This document shows, one piece after another, positions 12,403 to 25,670 of a stretch of DNA of 64,000 nucleotides (positions are counted from its first letter, which is position 1; each line of letters opens with the position of its first letter). The position numbers were made by a program, and so were the translations under genes. Below the pieces are notes generated by a model that was not told where the DNA came from, did no database searches, and worked only from the letters and a program-made list of their open reading frames with translations. The stretch lies in assembly GCF_006345805.1 (NCBI RefSeq), contig NC_043004.1:73098001-73162000 (forward strand), written 5' to 3'. This stretch comes from Octopus sinensis (lineage: Eukaryota).

Positions 12403-14221
12403 TTACTGCTCGAAAGTTTTTGCTTTCTCCTCCTTTGGTTTGTCCTCGAGGAGATCCCAGTACAGTTTCTTTGTGAGATATTTTTGGCATTTACCAACCG
12501 CACTGGGGAAAATGCCTTTGAGTGTGTGGTGCAGACTTTTGGAGATGTGTAATATTTTGATGTGGTCTGGTGGTGTTGTGTATGGGTGATTGTTTGCTTT
12601 TATGTCATCTTCTGTTATGTTTGTTTTTGATTGGATGTATTCCATCAAATTTGTGTTTTTGGTGTCTATAGCTGTGAGCATGTTTGCTGTATATATTTTT
12701 GTGGTGTTGGTGTGGCTGTTGTTTGTGTTGGGTTTTGAAATGTCTTCGGGAGATGTATTTCCCCCTGTTTTGTTAGTGTTTGCATTTGGTTTGGTTGTGT
12801 TTCTGATCTTTATTTTCCTTCTTTTTCTGGCTATTTGACATTCCTCACTGGTTTCGTCTTCCGACGAATTTTCTGAGGAATCAGTAGGGGGTAGGGGTAT
12901 GTTGTAGGCTTCTATGTATGTCTGTGTAAGTGGTTGTGCTGTTGTTTTCGTTACTGTTGGTTGTTGAGTGTTTGTGTGTGGTGAGTGCGGTATAAGGGAT
13001 GGGGAATCAGTTTTTGTGTATTTTCTTTGTTTTTCTGTTCCTTTGGTTCTTGCTGTTGTTGGTGGTGTTGGTATTTTCTCAGGTGTTGACTAATTTTTGG
13101 TTGTTGACGCATTAGCTTGGTGTGCTTCTCTTGTCGTCTTCTGTGTTGATGGTGGTGTGGGTAGTAGAGCTTTTTTTCCGGAGTGTTTTGGTTGTGGTAG
13201 TGGTTGTTGTTGTTGTTGCTCTTGGTGTGCAGTGGTTGGGCACGTCTTTTTCAAGTGTGTTTCGCTTCCACACAAATAGCAACGTGGTCGCCTGCCCTCT
13301 ACCACTACATAAAGTTTGTAGCCTCCTGGCAGTTCTATAGTGATGGGTATCTTTTCTCTTGCTGTTTCATCCAATTGAAGAAGGAATTGGATTGATTTTC
13401 CCACATAGTCTTTCTGTCCTAGAACAGCGATTTCAAGGATGTTTGTCTCTGCCATTGTCTCTGCCATTTCAAAGCAGATGGCAGGAGACTAACCATTGTG
13501 TTTCGACTTCAGGGGGTACATTTTTTTTATTTGGACTTTCGTCACTCTCTGGTTTAAATAGATTGGTATCATTACCAAGTCGTCTGAATGCAGCTCCAAT
13601 GTGTAAAATCGTTTTGCTAAATTTTCGTTGAGGAAACGTACTTGGACTGTACCAAATTTATTTCCCCAACTGATATACTCCTTGGAGTCCCATGCAGGAC
13701 GAAGGCATTTTTCAATTTTTTCCTGCGGTGCATTTTCTGGTCGTCTTGTTTTCTTGTTTATTACTTTGTAGATTATTGTTTGTTTTTTTGTGTTTTCCAC
13801 GATGTGTTGTGGAATGTGAAGATGCAATTTGTCTCCTTCTTTGGTGAAGAGTGCTTTTGTGAGGTTTATTTCCTGTGTGGTGAATTTTACGATTGCTCGT
13901 TTTTGTTTTGTCGCATCCGCGAAATTCGTTTTGATTTTGGCGGTGTTAGCAGCAGAAGGGTTAGTTGTAGCAGTTGAAGTTGTTGTAGTGGTGTTGGTGT
14001 TGGCGGTGTTGTCTTTGGTAGGCGGCTTTGTGCTGATTTCGTTGTTGTTGTTGGTGGTGGTGGTGATGGTGGTGGTACTGGCATTCATATTTTCGTCTGT
14101 ATTCGTTTTTGAAATCCCTTTCTCCGTCCTTTTATCATCGACAAGTGGTGTAGGGAATGGGGAGAAATCTAAGTTAATGTCTTTGGTCGCGGCGATGGTG
14201 AATGGTCTTGCGACGTTAGTT

Positions 14222-14253
<32 letters not shown>

Positions 14254-14373
14254 GGTGGTGGTGACAGCGGTGTTCAAGCTGCGAAGTTTAGCAGCTAGTG
14301 GTAGCAATAGTGTTTCGCTACCGTTCCGCATGACTGGCGGGCTAGCCACGTGGTTTCTAGTTGCCATTTTCAA
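12403..14373 (-). pseudogene. Tx1-like ORF1 (frameshifted; Thr/Asn-rich, CX2CX4HX4C zinc knuckle)
   Basis: ORF pieces 13489-14373, 13090-13467 (GRRPRCYLCGSETHLKKTCP) and 12403-12681; 12-bp duplication ATGGCAGAGACA x2 near 13460. Confidence 0.8.
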
Positions 14374-14594
14374 AATGAAAAATGGCTAAAAGGAACCCAC
14401 GAAAGTTTTGAAAGATTTTGGTAATTTTGCCCATACAGGGGCGGAAATCTACGTGAATAATTCTCAGGTTTTTTAGTGAATGAACTTGCACAACGATTAA
14501 AACAAAATATTTGACAACAAGGAGTTTTAAACATGTAAAAATGGCCAATTTATGTGGAGCCGATTTGACTAGCGTCCGTCCATGTCGAGCAGAG

Positions 14595-14673
<79 letters not shown>

Positions 14674-14820
14674 CAGACAGACATATAGATAGATAGATAC
14701 ATACATACATACATACATACATACATACATACATACATCCATCCATACATACATACATACATACATGCATACATACACACGTACATACATACGTACATAT
14801 ATACATACATACTTATATAC
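14595..14820. repeat. (GATA)n/(CATA)n microsatellite between the two Tx1-like copies
   Basis: Direct reading. Confidence 0.95.
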
Positions 14821-14824
14821 AAAT

Positions 14825-15284
14825 AAGTTTCTTTATTGGCCACACAGGGCTGCACACAGATGGGACAAGTTACAAGGTAGAGCTTTTCTTTTGGGGGATG
14901 AAAAAAACAAAAAACAAAAGAAACAAAAAAAGGGGTGGCGTAGGTTTTCGATCAAGAGGGACCGTAAAAGAGAAGAAAAGAACAAAAAAATAAAAATAAA
15001 AATAAAAATAAAAAAAGAAGAAAAGGAAAAGGAAGAAAAGAAAAGAGAAATGAAAAAAGAAGGAAAAAAGGGGGAAAAAGGGAAAAGGAAAAAAAAGATC
15101 AATAGGGATCGTGTATCACAGTGTTATGATATATGGTGTAAAGGGGAAAGCAAGTAAGGTTTATCCGTGGGAAGAAAAGCCTACGAAAAAGACCACGGTA
15201 ACCTTGGTCAATATTATTATATGTTACCACATTTGTTTGCAAGTGGGTAACCCTCTGTTTTCAATTTCTGGGTTCATAGAATTA
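14825..15284 (-). mobile_element. Second, heavily 5'-truncated Tx1-like copy (3'UTR only)
   Basis: Near-identical to 10546-10965 apart from the purine-rich segment; begins near the ORF2 stop; same terminus CCAATAAAGAAACTT. Confidence 0.9.
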
Positions 15285-15682
15285 CCCACTTATAGGTATG
15301 TGTGGATGTTTATTTAACACTCATTCTTTCTCTTAGCGACGCCAAATCGCGTTATCTTTTTATCTTCCAGGTTGTTAATTTCATGTCGCTAACGTCTTGA
15401 CACTAGCTATTGACAAATTGTGTTAATGATATATACAAAATATACAATTTTGCTGACTTCAGGCATTGATTTTTGTGCAGACTGAGGTATCAGCTTCAGA
15501 GGTTTTTAGCGTATTTTATTGACTTCAAAACTTTGATACTTAAACCATTGGATTTCGAAGCACTGGTGCTTAAAGGAACTTGGAATGAATAAATGAAATA
15601 ATTGAGATTCTGGCATTCTAATATAGTATATATATAGATATAATATATAATATAATATTACACATACACACATACACACACA

Positions 15683-15769
<87 letters not shown>

Positions 15770-15773
<4 letters not shown>

Positions 15774-16100
15774 AGCTCGCATAAGGAGAGCTCTCATAAG
15801 CGCCATCCAACCAAAATGCAAATATATGGGAAACTACCACCTGTGTCATCTCTTGTAAAAGGTAGGAGATTCCAGTTTGCTGGACATTGTTGTAGAACTG
15901 AAAAAGAAGTAATTTCTACTCTTCTCCTCTGGAAGCCATCTACTCGCAATACCAGAGGGCGCACACTCTCCTACCCTGATGTAATCTCCAGGGATACAGG
16001 CATCCAGCAAAAGGACCTCCGTAATGCCATGATGGACCGTGAAGTCTGGCGTAGCATGGTAAATTCCATTGTCTCGACCACGGTCGAACAATGATGATGA

Positions 16101-16105
<5 letters not shown>
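15770..16105 (+). mobile_element. 5'-truncated RTE-clade LINE 3' end with (GAT)n tail, in (TA)n
   Basis: ORF 15771-16094 ...RRFQFAGHC.R..KEVISTLLLWKP...RGRTLSYPDVISRDTG...MMDREVWR, a typical RTE C-terminus. Confidence 0.8.
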
Positions 16106-16155
<50 letters not shown>

Positions 16156-16390
16156 AACTTTTTGTGTAATGAAATATTTATTAATTATATCCCTTCATCG
16201 GAGACGGTATGAGAGGATGGTTAAATAATAATTAATTTAGATGCGATGCAAAATAGAGAGCGAGGTGGACGAAAGAAACTAGATGTGAGATATGTAGGGA
16301 TATTGAATTTGTAGGTCCATTTTTTAGGCAGAATAGTATATATGTAAGATTCCAATACCTGTCTCAATGGCACCATTACCTCTTATAACC

Positions 16391-16420
<30 letters not shown>

Positions 16421-16422
<2 letters not shown>

Positions 16423-17012
16423 ATATAGGATAGAATTTTTCGAAAAAAATTCTATCAATGGCCATCATATTAAAAAATACCTTTAAAGGTTAAATTTATA
16501 AACAATTTATAAGTAAGGGCAAAATAAAAAGAATTCTAATGCCAAAATATGCCGAAAATAGACACAACGTCAATAACCATGTAATTTATCACTACAAGCA
16601 CGTGTTTCGAAGAAAGCCGACAGAAATTTCTAAAAAATCCCGTTATTACCATATCGGACCCGATTTCAGAGTTAGTTCATAAGAACCTTCCCTTCATCAG
16701 TGATAAATGCGGCATAGAAATAAGTGAAATACTTACTTATACCCATGGAAGAAGCGGACACTAAGTCATGAGCACAATTAAGTACCCCAAATATATTCAA
16801 AATAGAAACTATCTAGCACACCTCGAGACACGTGCGATTCGAACTGAAAAACTCGTAAAGTGAGAGAGTCCGGAAGTGAACATTATTAAATTAACATCTA
16901 ATATAGGATAGAATTTTTCGAAAAAAATTCTATCAATGGCCAGCATATTAAAAAATACCTTCAAAGGTTAAATTTATAAACAAAAGAAAAAATTCACTTC
17001 CCTTCGTCAGTG
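16421..17012 (-). mobile_element. Penelope-type terminal repeat region with 85-bp direct repeats and degenerate hammerhead motifs
   Basis: TAATATAGGATAGAATTTTTCG...TTTATAAACAA at 16421-16505 and ~16899-16983; minus-strand CTGATGAAGGGAAG...CTTCGAAACACGTG (~16594-16702) and CTGACGAAGGGAAG (~17000). Confidence 0.5.
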
Positions 17013-17219
17013 ATATTTTTTCTTTTGGCGGATGCGTTGTGTTTGTTTAAAGACATGTCTATTTCTAATTGAGTAGACGTGTAGTTGTGTGTCTTGAATG
17101 TGTGTAATCAATTGTTCGCTGATCTATTGAAGTTTCTATATGTGTGCAGAGATCTATACATGCGTGCGAGTGTGTGTGTGTATGTATGTACATATATAAA
17201 CAGACATAGAAGACATATA

Positions 17220-17901
17220 GGCAGAATTTGAACTCAGAAGGTAGCGGCAGACGAAATACCTATTTCTTTACTACCTACAAGGGGCTAAACACAGAGGGGA
17301 CAAACAAGGACAGACAAACGGATTAAGTCGATTATTTCGACACCAGTGCGTAACTGGTATATATTTAATCGACCTCGAAAGGATGAAAGGCAAAGTCGAC
17401 CTCGGCGGAATTTGAACTCACAACGTAACGCAGACGAAATACCGCTAAGCATTTCGCCCGGCGTGCAAAACAGTTCTGCCAGCTCGCCGCCTTGGGAGAT
17501 GGAATATATTCTTTTCTACTCTAGGTACAAGGCCCGAATTTTGGGATGAAGTGGGGCAGTCAATTAGATTGTACGCAACTGATATTTAATTTATCGACCC
17601 CGAAAGGATGAAAGGCAAAGTCGACCTTGGCAGAATTTGAACTCAGAACGTAAAAACAGACGAAATACCCATTTCTTTACTACCCACAAGGGGCTAAACA
17701 CAGAGGGGACAAACAAGGACAGACAAACGGATTAAGTCGATTATATCGACCCCAGTGCGTAACTGTTATTTATTTAATCGACCCCGAAAGGATGAAAGGC
17801 GAAGTCGACCTTGGCGGAATTTGAACTCAGAACGAAAAACAGACGAAATACCGCTAAGCATTTCACCTGGCGTGCTAACGTTTCTGCCAGCTCGCCGCCT
17901 T
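17220..17901 (-). mobile_element. Concatemeric family-B (Nin-like) SINE cluster
   Basis: Repeated head/central-domain/tail units; tail-to-mid-head junctions at 17260/61 and 17669/70. Confidence 0.85.
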
Positions 17902-18269
17902 ATACTCTGCATATCTCTGATACTACAATCCTATAATCAGAGGCACACAAAAACGCATACACCGGTATATGCATTTACACATTAATAAATATATTTGCAC
18001 GCATACACACCTAAATAAAACACTTGCAAAAAATACACAAATATTTGCTCACAGACATACACTTTCTTACACATATTGATATACACACAAACCCATACTG
18101 ACACGCAGATTAACACACACACGCATACACTTACACACACTATTTGATTACAGGCATAGATACATTTATAATTACCTTAAGAAATAGACATTTATACACA
18201 CAATAAACGTACACATATATACGTTAAGCAATACCTTAGAACACGTAAAGTAACGCATCCATACACACA

Positions 18270-18800
18270 TGCATACTCCACTACCACCACCACTACTGTC
18301 ACTACAATCCTCACCACAAATCGTCACCGCAAACACAATCACCACCATTACTATTACAAACCGAATCAACTACCATCACCACCACCGCCATCATTACCAT
18401 CACCATCACCTCCACCACCATCCCCACCACCACTACTATCGCTACCATCACCACCATCGCCACCACCACAACCATCCTCACAACTACCATTATATCCCAC
18501 TCCTACCATCACCACCACTACCACTAGCATTGTCTTCACCGTTCCGATCGCCACTCCCACCACCACCACCACCACCACCACCACCACCAGCGTCATACCA
18601 ATCACTACCACTAATAGCGCCACAGCCCTCACAGACACACCTCAGCCACTACAACAATCCCTATTGCCGTTACCACCACACACCACCCCCACATCTACCA
18701 ATACACCTCAACTACATCACCACCACTAACAACAACCATCAACCGCCACAACGACAACAACAATAACAATAATACAACCAACCCTACCACCCATACACTC
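18270..18800. repeat. (CAC/CAT/AAC)n low-complexity tract, followed by (GA)n(GACA)n(GGCA)n at 18930-19080
   Basis: Direct reading. Confidence 0.9.
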
Positions 18801-18960
18801 CCCCCACGCCACGACCTAAACCAATCCATTAGTGAAATGTGACCTCGCCATTACACAGTGTGCTTCTCTCTCTCTTTCTGTTCTGAAACGACAAAGAAGT
18901 CATTATTTCACTGTCTTAAAACTCGTGAATGGGAGAGAGAGAGAGAGCGAGACAGAGAGA

Positions 18961-19063
<103 letters not shown>

Positions 19064-19320
19064 ACAGACAGACTGACACAGAAGAAATAGACAAGAAAAT
19101 GTTGGGAACATTCTCAATCGTTTCTTATCGCAGATTAAGGCGTGGCCAGATAGCGTTATCCTGGACACTTAAGATTTCATTTATCACAGTTCATGATTCG
19201 AATTATAAGGCCAATCATTGTCTTGTGTGTGTGTGTATGTGTTTTGGTTTCTTTATTTTCTGTCTATGTCTTTTGCCCAACCCATCACTTCCTTTATCTC
19301 TTACACACACACGCACACAC

Positions 19321-19369
<49 letters not shown>

Positions 19370-20229
19370 CTCTCTCTCTCTCTCTCTCCCTCTCACCTTC
19401 TCTTATTCTCTCTTCCTCTCTCTTATTCTTCCCTTTCTCTTTCCTCTCTCTTTCTTCATCCATCTTTCTCGTATTTCGACTAAAATAATAACAGCTACTA
19501 CCTTTATCACTTCCACTAATACTACTACCATCACCACCACCACCACCGCCACCAGTATTACTACCACATTATCATCGTCATCATTTGGCAGAATTGTCAG
19601 AACGTCATTAGAAAATGCCTTGAGGTATTTGTTCCAATACTTTACATTCTAAGTTCAAATCTCGCCAATGCCATCTTTGCCTTTCGTCTTTTCAGGTCCG
19701 ATAAAATACGCGCCAGTTGAGCATTGAGGTTGATGTAAGCAACATTCCCTACACTTGAAAATTGCTGGCCTTGTGCCAAAATTCGAGAGAGTAATAAAAA
19801 TAATAATTATAATATGAAGGCGTAGGAGTGGCTGTGTGGTAAGTAGCTTGCTTATCAACCACATAGTTCCGGGTTCAGTCCCACTGCGTGGCACCTTGGA
19901 CAAATGTCTTCTACTATAGCCTCGGGTCGACCAAAGCCTTGTGAGTGGATTTGGTAGACGGAAACTGAAAGATGGCCGTCGTATATATGTATATATATGT
20001 ATGCGCGTGTATATGTTCGTGTGTCTGTGTTTGTTCCCCCAACATCGCTTGACAACCGACGCTGCTGTGTTTACGTCCCCGTACACTTAGCGGTTCGGCA
20101 AAAGATCCGATAGAATAAGTACTAGGCTTACAAAGAATAAGTCCTGGGGTCGATTTGCTCGACTAAAGGCGGTGCTCCAGCCTGGCCACAGTCAAATGAC
20201 TGAAACAAGTAAAAGAGTTATTATTTTTT

Positions 20230-20850
20230 AAGGCGGCGAGCTGGCAGAATCGTTAGCACATCGGACAAAATGCTTATCGGCATTTCGTCTGTCTTAAAGA
20301 TGTTCAGAAATCAAATTCTGCCGAGGTCGACTTTGCCTTTCATCCTTTCGGAGGTCGATAAAATAAATACCAGTTGAGGCAAAGTCGACCTCGGCAGAAT
20401 TTGAACTCAGAGCGTAGCGGCAGACGAAATACCTATTTCTTTACTACCCACAAGGGGCTAAACACAGAGAGGACAAACAAAGACAGACAAACGGATTAAG
20501 TCGATTATATCGACCCCCGTGCGTAACTGGTACTTATTTAATCGCCCCCGAAAGGATGAAAGGCAAAGTCGACTTCTGCGGAATTTGAACTCAGAACATA
20601 GCGGCAGACGAAATACCTGTTTCTTTATTACCCACAAGGGGATAAACACAGAGAGGACAAACAAGGACAGACAAACGGATTAGGTCGATTACATCGACCC
20701 CAGTGTGTAACTGGTACTTAATTTATCGACCCGAAAGGATGAAAAGCAAAGTCAACCTCGGTGGAATTTGAACTCAGAACGTAAAAACAGACGAAATACC
20801 GCTAAGCATTTCGCTCGGCGTGCTTAACGTTTCTGCCAGCTCGCCGCCTT
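20230..20850. mobile_element. Family-B SINE (+, 20230-20377) abutting an inverted trimeric family-B chain (-, 20378-20850)
   Basis: AAGGCGGCGAGCTGGCAG head on + strand; junction ...ATACCAGTTG|AGGCAAAGTCGACC; 184-bp units with junctions at 20433/34 and 20617/18. Confidence 0.85.
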
Positions 20851-20985
20851 ACCACTCGTCAGTAATAGTCATCTAATAGTGCTGATGATCGTTCGCATCC
20901 GAGCAATGAATCTATTAATGTTCCATTACAGCTGTGTGTATATGTTCCTTACACTTGACTAGGGTGGGTCTTCTAGCAACTTATT

Positions 20986-21300
20986 TTAGTAGTACTCTAA
21001 TATGTTATGTATGTTTAAAGTAATTCCATTTTGAATATATAAACTGTGAAACTTGAAGCTGGCTGTAGTAACAAACTGCAGCTCTCGAGTGTCCGACAGG
21101 GCTTTCAATTTCATTATTTTTGTTTCGTTCTTTGGATTGTATGTAAGCGTGGTCTGTGGACAGCCCGTTGTTATGAAGCCTGATGAGATGTTTTGTGCTG
21201 TTTGTAGTTTATTGTAATTTGTTGTGAAGAGATTAGCAGCCCAGGAAAGGACGGTATTGTTCATGGTGAAGCTAATGTATACTTTGTACAACATAGATAT
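20986..21300 (-). mobile_element. Degenerate LINE post-RT fragment (I/Jockey-like)
   Basis: LYK.YI..TMN...SWA.NL..TNYNKLQTAQN...ITTGC..TT...NETKI resembles the LYK..IRP.L.YA...W / LQ..QN..LR.ITG motif. Confidence 0.55.
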
Positions 21301-21427
21301 TTCTACCTATTAACTAAATGTGGTACATGTGTCTTAAATATGGTTGCACTTCGTTTTACTCATTTACTGTATGTCGTGAATGTTGTGGAGGGGCACCACC
21401 TTGAAGAGTTTTAATCGAACAAATGTG

Positions 21428-21469
<42 letters not shown>

Positions 21470-21471
<2 letters not shown>

Positions 21472-23032
21472 CTTCTCATTATGTGTGATCAGTTTAGTGA
21501 TTGTTTCTGTTATTGATATTGCATATAAAAAATGACTTTGCTATCATCTGCAATCAACAGTTGGTTTTTGCGTTACCTGCAACGATTAGTTGACTTATCT
21601 TCATATTGTTATTGTTCTTGTTATTGTCTAACTCATAATGATGAACCTGACTGAACAGATATATGGCAAACAGCCATTCTTCCGTGACCATTCCGCCCTT
21701 TTGGTTTATATAGAGCAGTATTATCTAAATATTATTTTAAATGTTATTTCCTACTTCCCTTATTTGAGAGCTGGAAATAGCTATGAAAAAAAAATGTAGC
21801 TCCTATTTCTAACGGATCGAGTCGTCTTTTACGGTACAAGATCAAATTCTTGAATAAGGTTCTAAATCTTTGGCATGCGGTATGAATGGAATGGAATGGA
21901 GTGGTATGAATGGAGTGGGAAACGAATATGTCACAGAATCCACTCGTTTGAGGTTATCACATACACACACACACATATATATATATATATAAATATGTAC
22001 ACATATATACATATATTTATCTATATTTTTTCTCGACTTATATTTATATGTGTGTTTGTGTTTAAGTATCTATATGTATGTCGAGAAAAAATATAGATAG
22101 GTAGATAGATGGACAGATCGATTGATCGATAGCTAGATAGATAGGTAAGCAATTAGATAGATAGATAAACATACACCTATGTATTAAAATATATTAGTAT
22201 GTTTAACTACATGTGTATGTGTATGTGTGTGTGTGGTGTGTGTGTGTGTGCGTGTGTGTGTGTGTGTGTTGTGTGTGTGTGTGTGAACTTCTCATTATGT
22301 GTGATCAGTTTAGTGATTGTTTCTGTTATTGATATTGCATATAAAAAATGACTTTGCTATCATCTGCAATCAACAGTTGGTTTTTGCGTTACCTGCAACG
22401 ATTAGTTGACTTATCTTCATATTGTTATTGTTCTTGTTATTGTCTAACTCATAATGATGAACCTGACTGAACAGATATATGGCAAACAGCCATTCTTCCG
22501 TGACCATTCCGCCTTTTGGTTTATATAGAGCAGTATTATCTAAATATTATTTTAAATGTTATTTCCTACTTCCCTTATTTGAGAGCTGGAAATAGCTATG
22601 AAAAAAAAATGTAGCTCCTATTTCTAACGGATCGAGTCGTCTTTTACGGTACAAAGATCAAATTCTTGAATAAGGTTCTAAATCTTTGGCATGCGGTATG
22701 AATGGAATGGAATGGAGTGGTATGAATGGAGTGGGAAACGAATATGTCACAGAATCCACTCGTTTGAGGTTATCACATACACACACACACATATATATAT
22801 ATATAAATATGTACACATATATACATATATTTATCTATATTTTTTCTCGACTTATATTTATATGTGTGTTTGTGTTTAAGTATCTATATGTATGTCGAGA
22901 AAAAATATAGATAGGTAGATAGATGGACAGATCGATTGATCGATAGCTAGATAGATAGGTAAGCAATTAGATAGATAGATAAACATACACCTATGTATTA
23001 AAATATATTAGTATGTTTAACTACATGTGTAT

Positions 23033-23040
<8 letters not shown>
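21470..23040. repeat. Near-identical 816-bp tandem duplication bounded by (GT)n
   Basis: AACTTCTCATTATG at 21470 and 22286; the copies differ by about one indel by eye; (GT)n at all three boundaries. Confidence 0.95.
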
Positions 23041-23072
<32 letters not shown>

Positions 23073-23754
23073 GTGCCCATACATAAACACACAATGTGGT
23101 TTTACGGCTGGGTTAGTTTGATTTGATATAATTGACTGATCTCTGACTTGATGAAAGGTCACTCAAATGAGGCCGTATATATTTATTAATTGAATTCTTC
23201 ACCTTTCTTTTATGAACTACAAAACGTTTTTATCGTTTGCCACACAGAAAATTTACTCGTCTGCATATAAACACCGTGACAGTTAGGTCACATTCCTTTT
23301 GATTTGCCTCCATTATTCTACAGACGATCTTCAGTTTTCCTGGCCAAACCGGCAGACGACAACCATTTGTATTCCGAGATTTCACTGAGTCTTCATTGAA
23401 AATGAATGAAATGTGTCACTTGATGTATAAGCTTGATAAAAGGGTGTTTATTTCGGCTGATTAATCCCGAAAGTCCCTATTGTCAAATGGTTTTCACAGC
23501 CATTGGGAACTTCTCTCGCTTTCACGCTAATTTGCAAGTAATTTGAACCAAAAGAACCGAAACTTGAAAGCCTACTAGTTTTACGCCTTTCTTATTTACA
23601 TATTTATTTTCACACATGTACGTGCATACACACGTAAACTTACACACGCCCAAACAAACATTCACACATACTCACAAAAACAGACGCACTCACACTCACA
23701 AATAAATATATACAAATCAATTCACATTTGTAGGCACAGATACTGGTGTATACG

Positions 23755-23823
<69 letters not shown>

Positions 23824-23829
23824 CATATA

Positions 23830-23864
<35 letters not shown>

Positions 23865-23879
23865 TATATATATATATAT

Positions 23880-23910
<31 letters not shown>

Positions 23911-23915
23911 GTATA

Positions 23916-23962
<47 letters not shown>

Positions 23963-24278
23963 TATATACTTGCATACATACATAAATATATACATAGGAC
24001 ACATACATATACATATGTGTAGCTTAAAGATAGTATATATTATATTATACAATATATGTGTGAATATTTCCATATATTTAATATGTATACTGTATGTATA
24101 TAGGTTTCATATTGAAAGAAATACTGCCGTTCACTAACACACACGCGCGCGCATACACACATTCCCCTTCACATACGATCATAAATAAGTAGGTTTTCCT
24201 GTTCACATACTTTTGTCTTCTCGCTATCAATTCTCTACTAAGCGGGTCTTCCAATCAGAATTTCTGACCACATTCACA

Positions 24279-24311
<33 letters not shown>

Positions 24312-25386
24312 TATAAACACTTGCACACAATGTCATATACACTCTCTCGCACATACGCACCTTTTATCACACATCCTATTTGCATATATATTCACATACA
24401 TACCGCAACATTAAAACACATAAGTCAGTCAATGAAAGAAAATCTCTGTTGTATATCGGCCCACTAGAATTAAATAGCAATACCTGCCAAATATTCATCT
24501 CAAATAATACTCTGCCATCATAAAATAAAAGTACATAACAGGCGTAAGAGGTTTCCTTCCCATTCGCATTATTTCGGGTTCGGTCTCACTGCATGTCACC
24601 TTTCTCAGGTGCTTTCTACAACAGACTCGGACAGATCACAGCGTTGTGAGTGGATTTGGTGGATGGACATTGAAAGAATCACGTCGTAAATGTGTGTGTG
24701 TGTGTGTATGTGTGTGCGTGTGTGTGTGTGCGTGTGTGTGTGAGTGTCGTTTATGAGCTACAAATAGTTATGAGCTACAAATAGTTTTATACGTTGAAGA
24801 TGTTGTCTATATGTGCTATCAAAACCCGCCAAGACATCATCTCCAATGTACGAAACTATTAGTAGCTCAAAAATTTATACTGTGTACATCAAACTATCTT
24901 TCTTTCTCACTTGATAGAGTGCTTTTTTTAGTTGATCTTAACTTAACGGGAAAATAAGCTACACACACCAGCTCAACTTGATTCGTGTTTATTGGTCGAA
25001 AGACACCTGTTGTTATTTTCTTGTTTGTATTTGTAATTGTGTTACATTTTCGCTGTTTTTTGTGTTTGTTGTCGTACACATTCGCTTGCTTTCTCCCAAA
25101 AAGTGTAATGCTCTTACCTTTGATTTTGGAGGCCAGCCAGATTTGAGCAATCTAATTTGTAACCGGCCGAAATTGTAAGGATGATCTGAAAACTTGACTG
25201 ATGAGAGAAGTCTGCGAATGACCCATCCTTGTTTTTTCCTGTCCGTCTTTTTATTGCTTCTCCTGTCCCTCTTTGTATCGTCTATCGTCTGAATGTTTTA
25301 CTGTCGTCCGTTGCGTTTTCTTCTCCCTGTATATATCGTAGCATATTTCTACTATACATATATATATATATATATATATATATGTC

Positions 25387-25438
<52 letters not shown>

Positions 25439-25440
25439 TC

Positions 25441-25508
<68 letters not shown>

Positions 25509-25511
25509 AAT

Positions 25512-25545
<34 letters not shown>

Positions 25546-25594
25546 GTCTCTGTGTGTGTGTATATATATATATATATAAATATTATATATATGT

Positions 25595-25629
<35 letters not shown>

Positions 25630-25632
25630 AAT

Positions 25633-25670
<38 letters not shown>

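Larger units (their letters stand above)
10546..14594 (-). mobile_element. L1/Tx1-like non-LTR retrotransposon with both ends present and the RT domain deleted
   Basis: 5'UTR ~14374-14594; ORF1 with CCHC knuckle; ORF2 APE start and zf-RVT C-terminus; 3'UTR ending CCAATAAAGAAACTT then (ATCT)n; (ATCT)n also directly before the 5' end. Confidence 0.9.

Noticed and set aside
10546-15284. ~430-bp direct repeats at 10.5 and 14.8 kb as LTRs of an LTR retrotransposon
   Set aside because: The internal region is APE-type non-LTR. The repeat is the 3'UTR with the polyA signal, is separated from the 5' end by a 230-bp microsatellite, and has no TG..CA ends, PBS or PPT.
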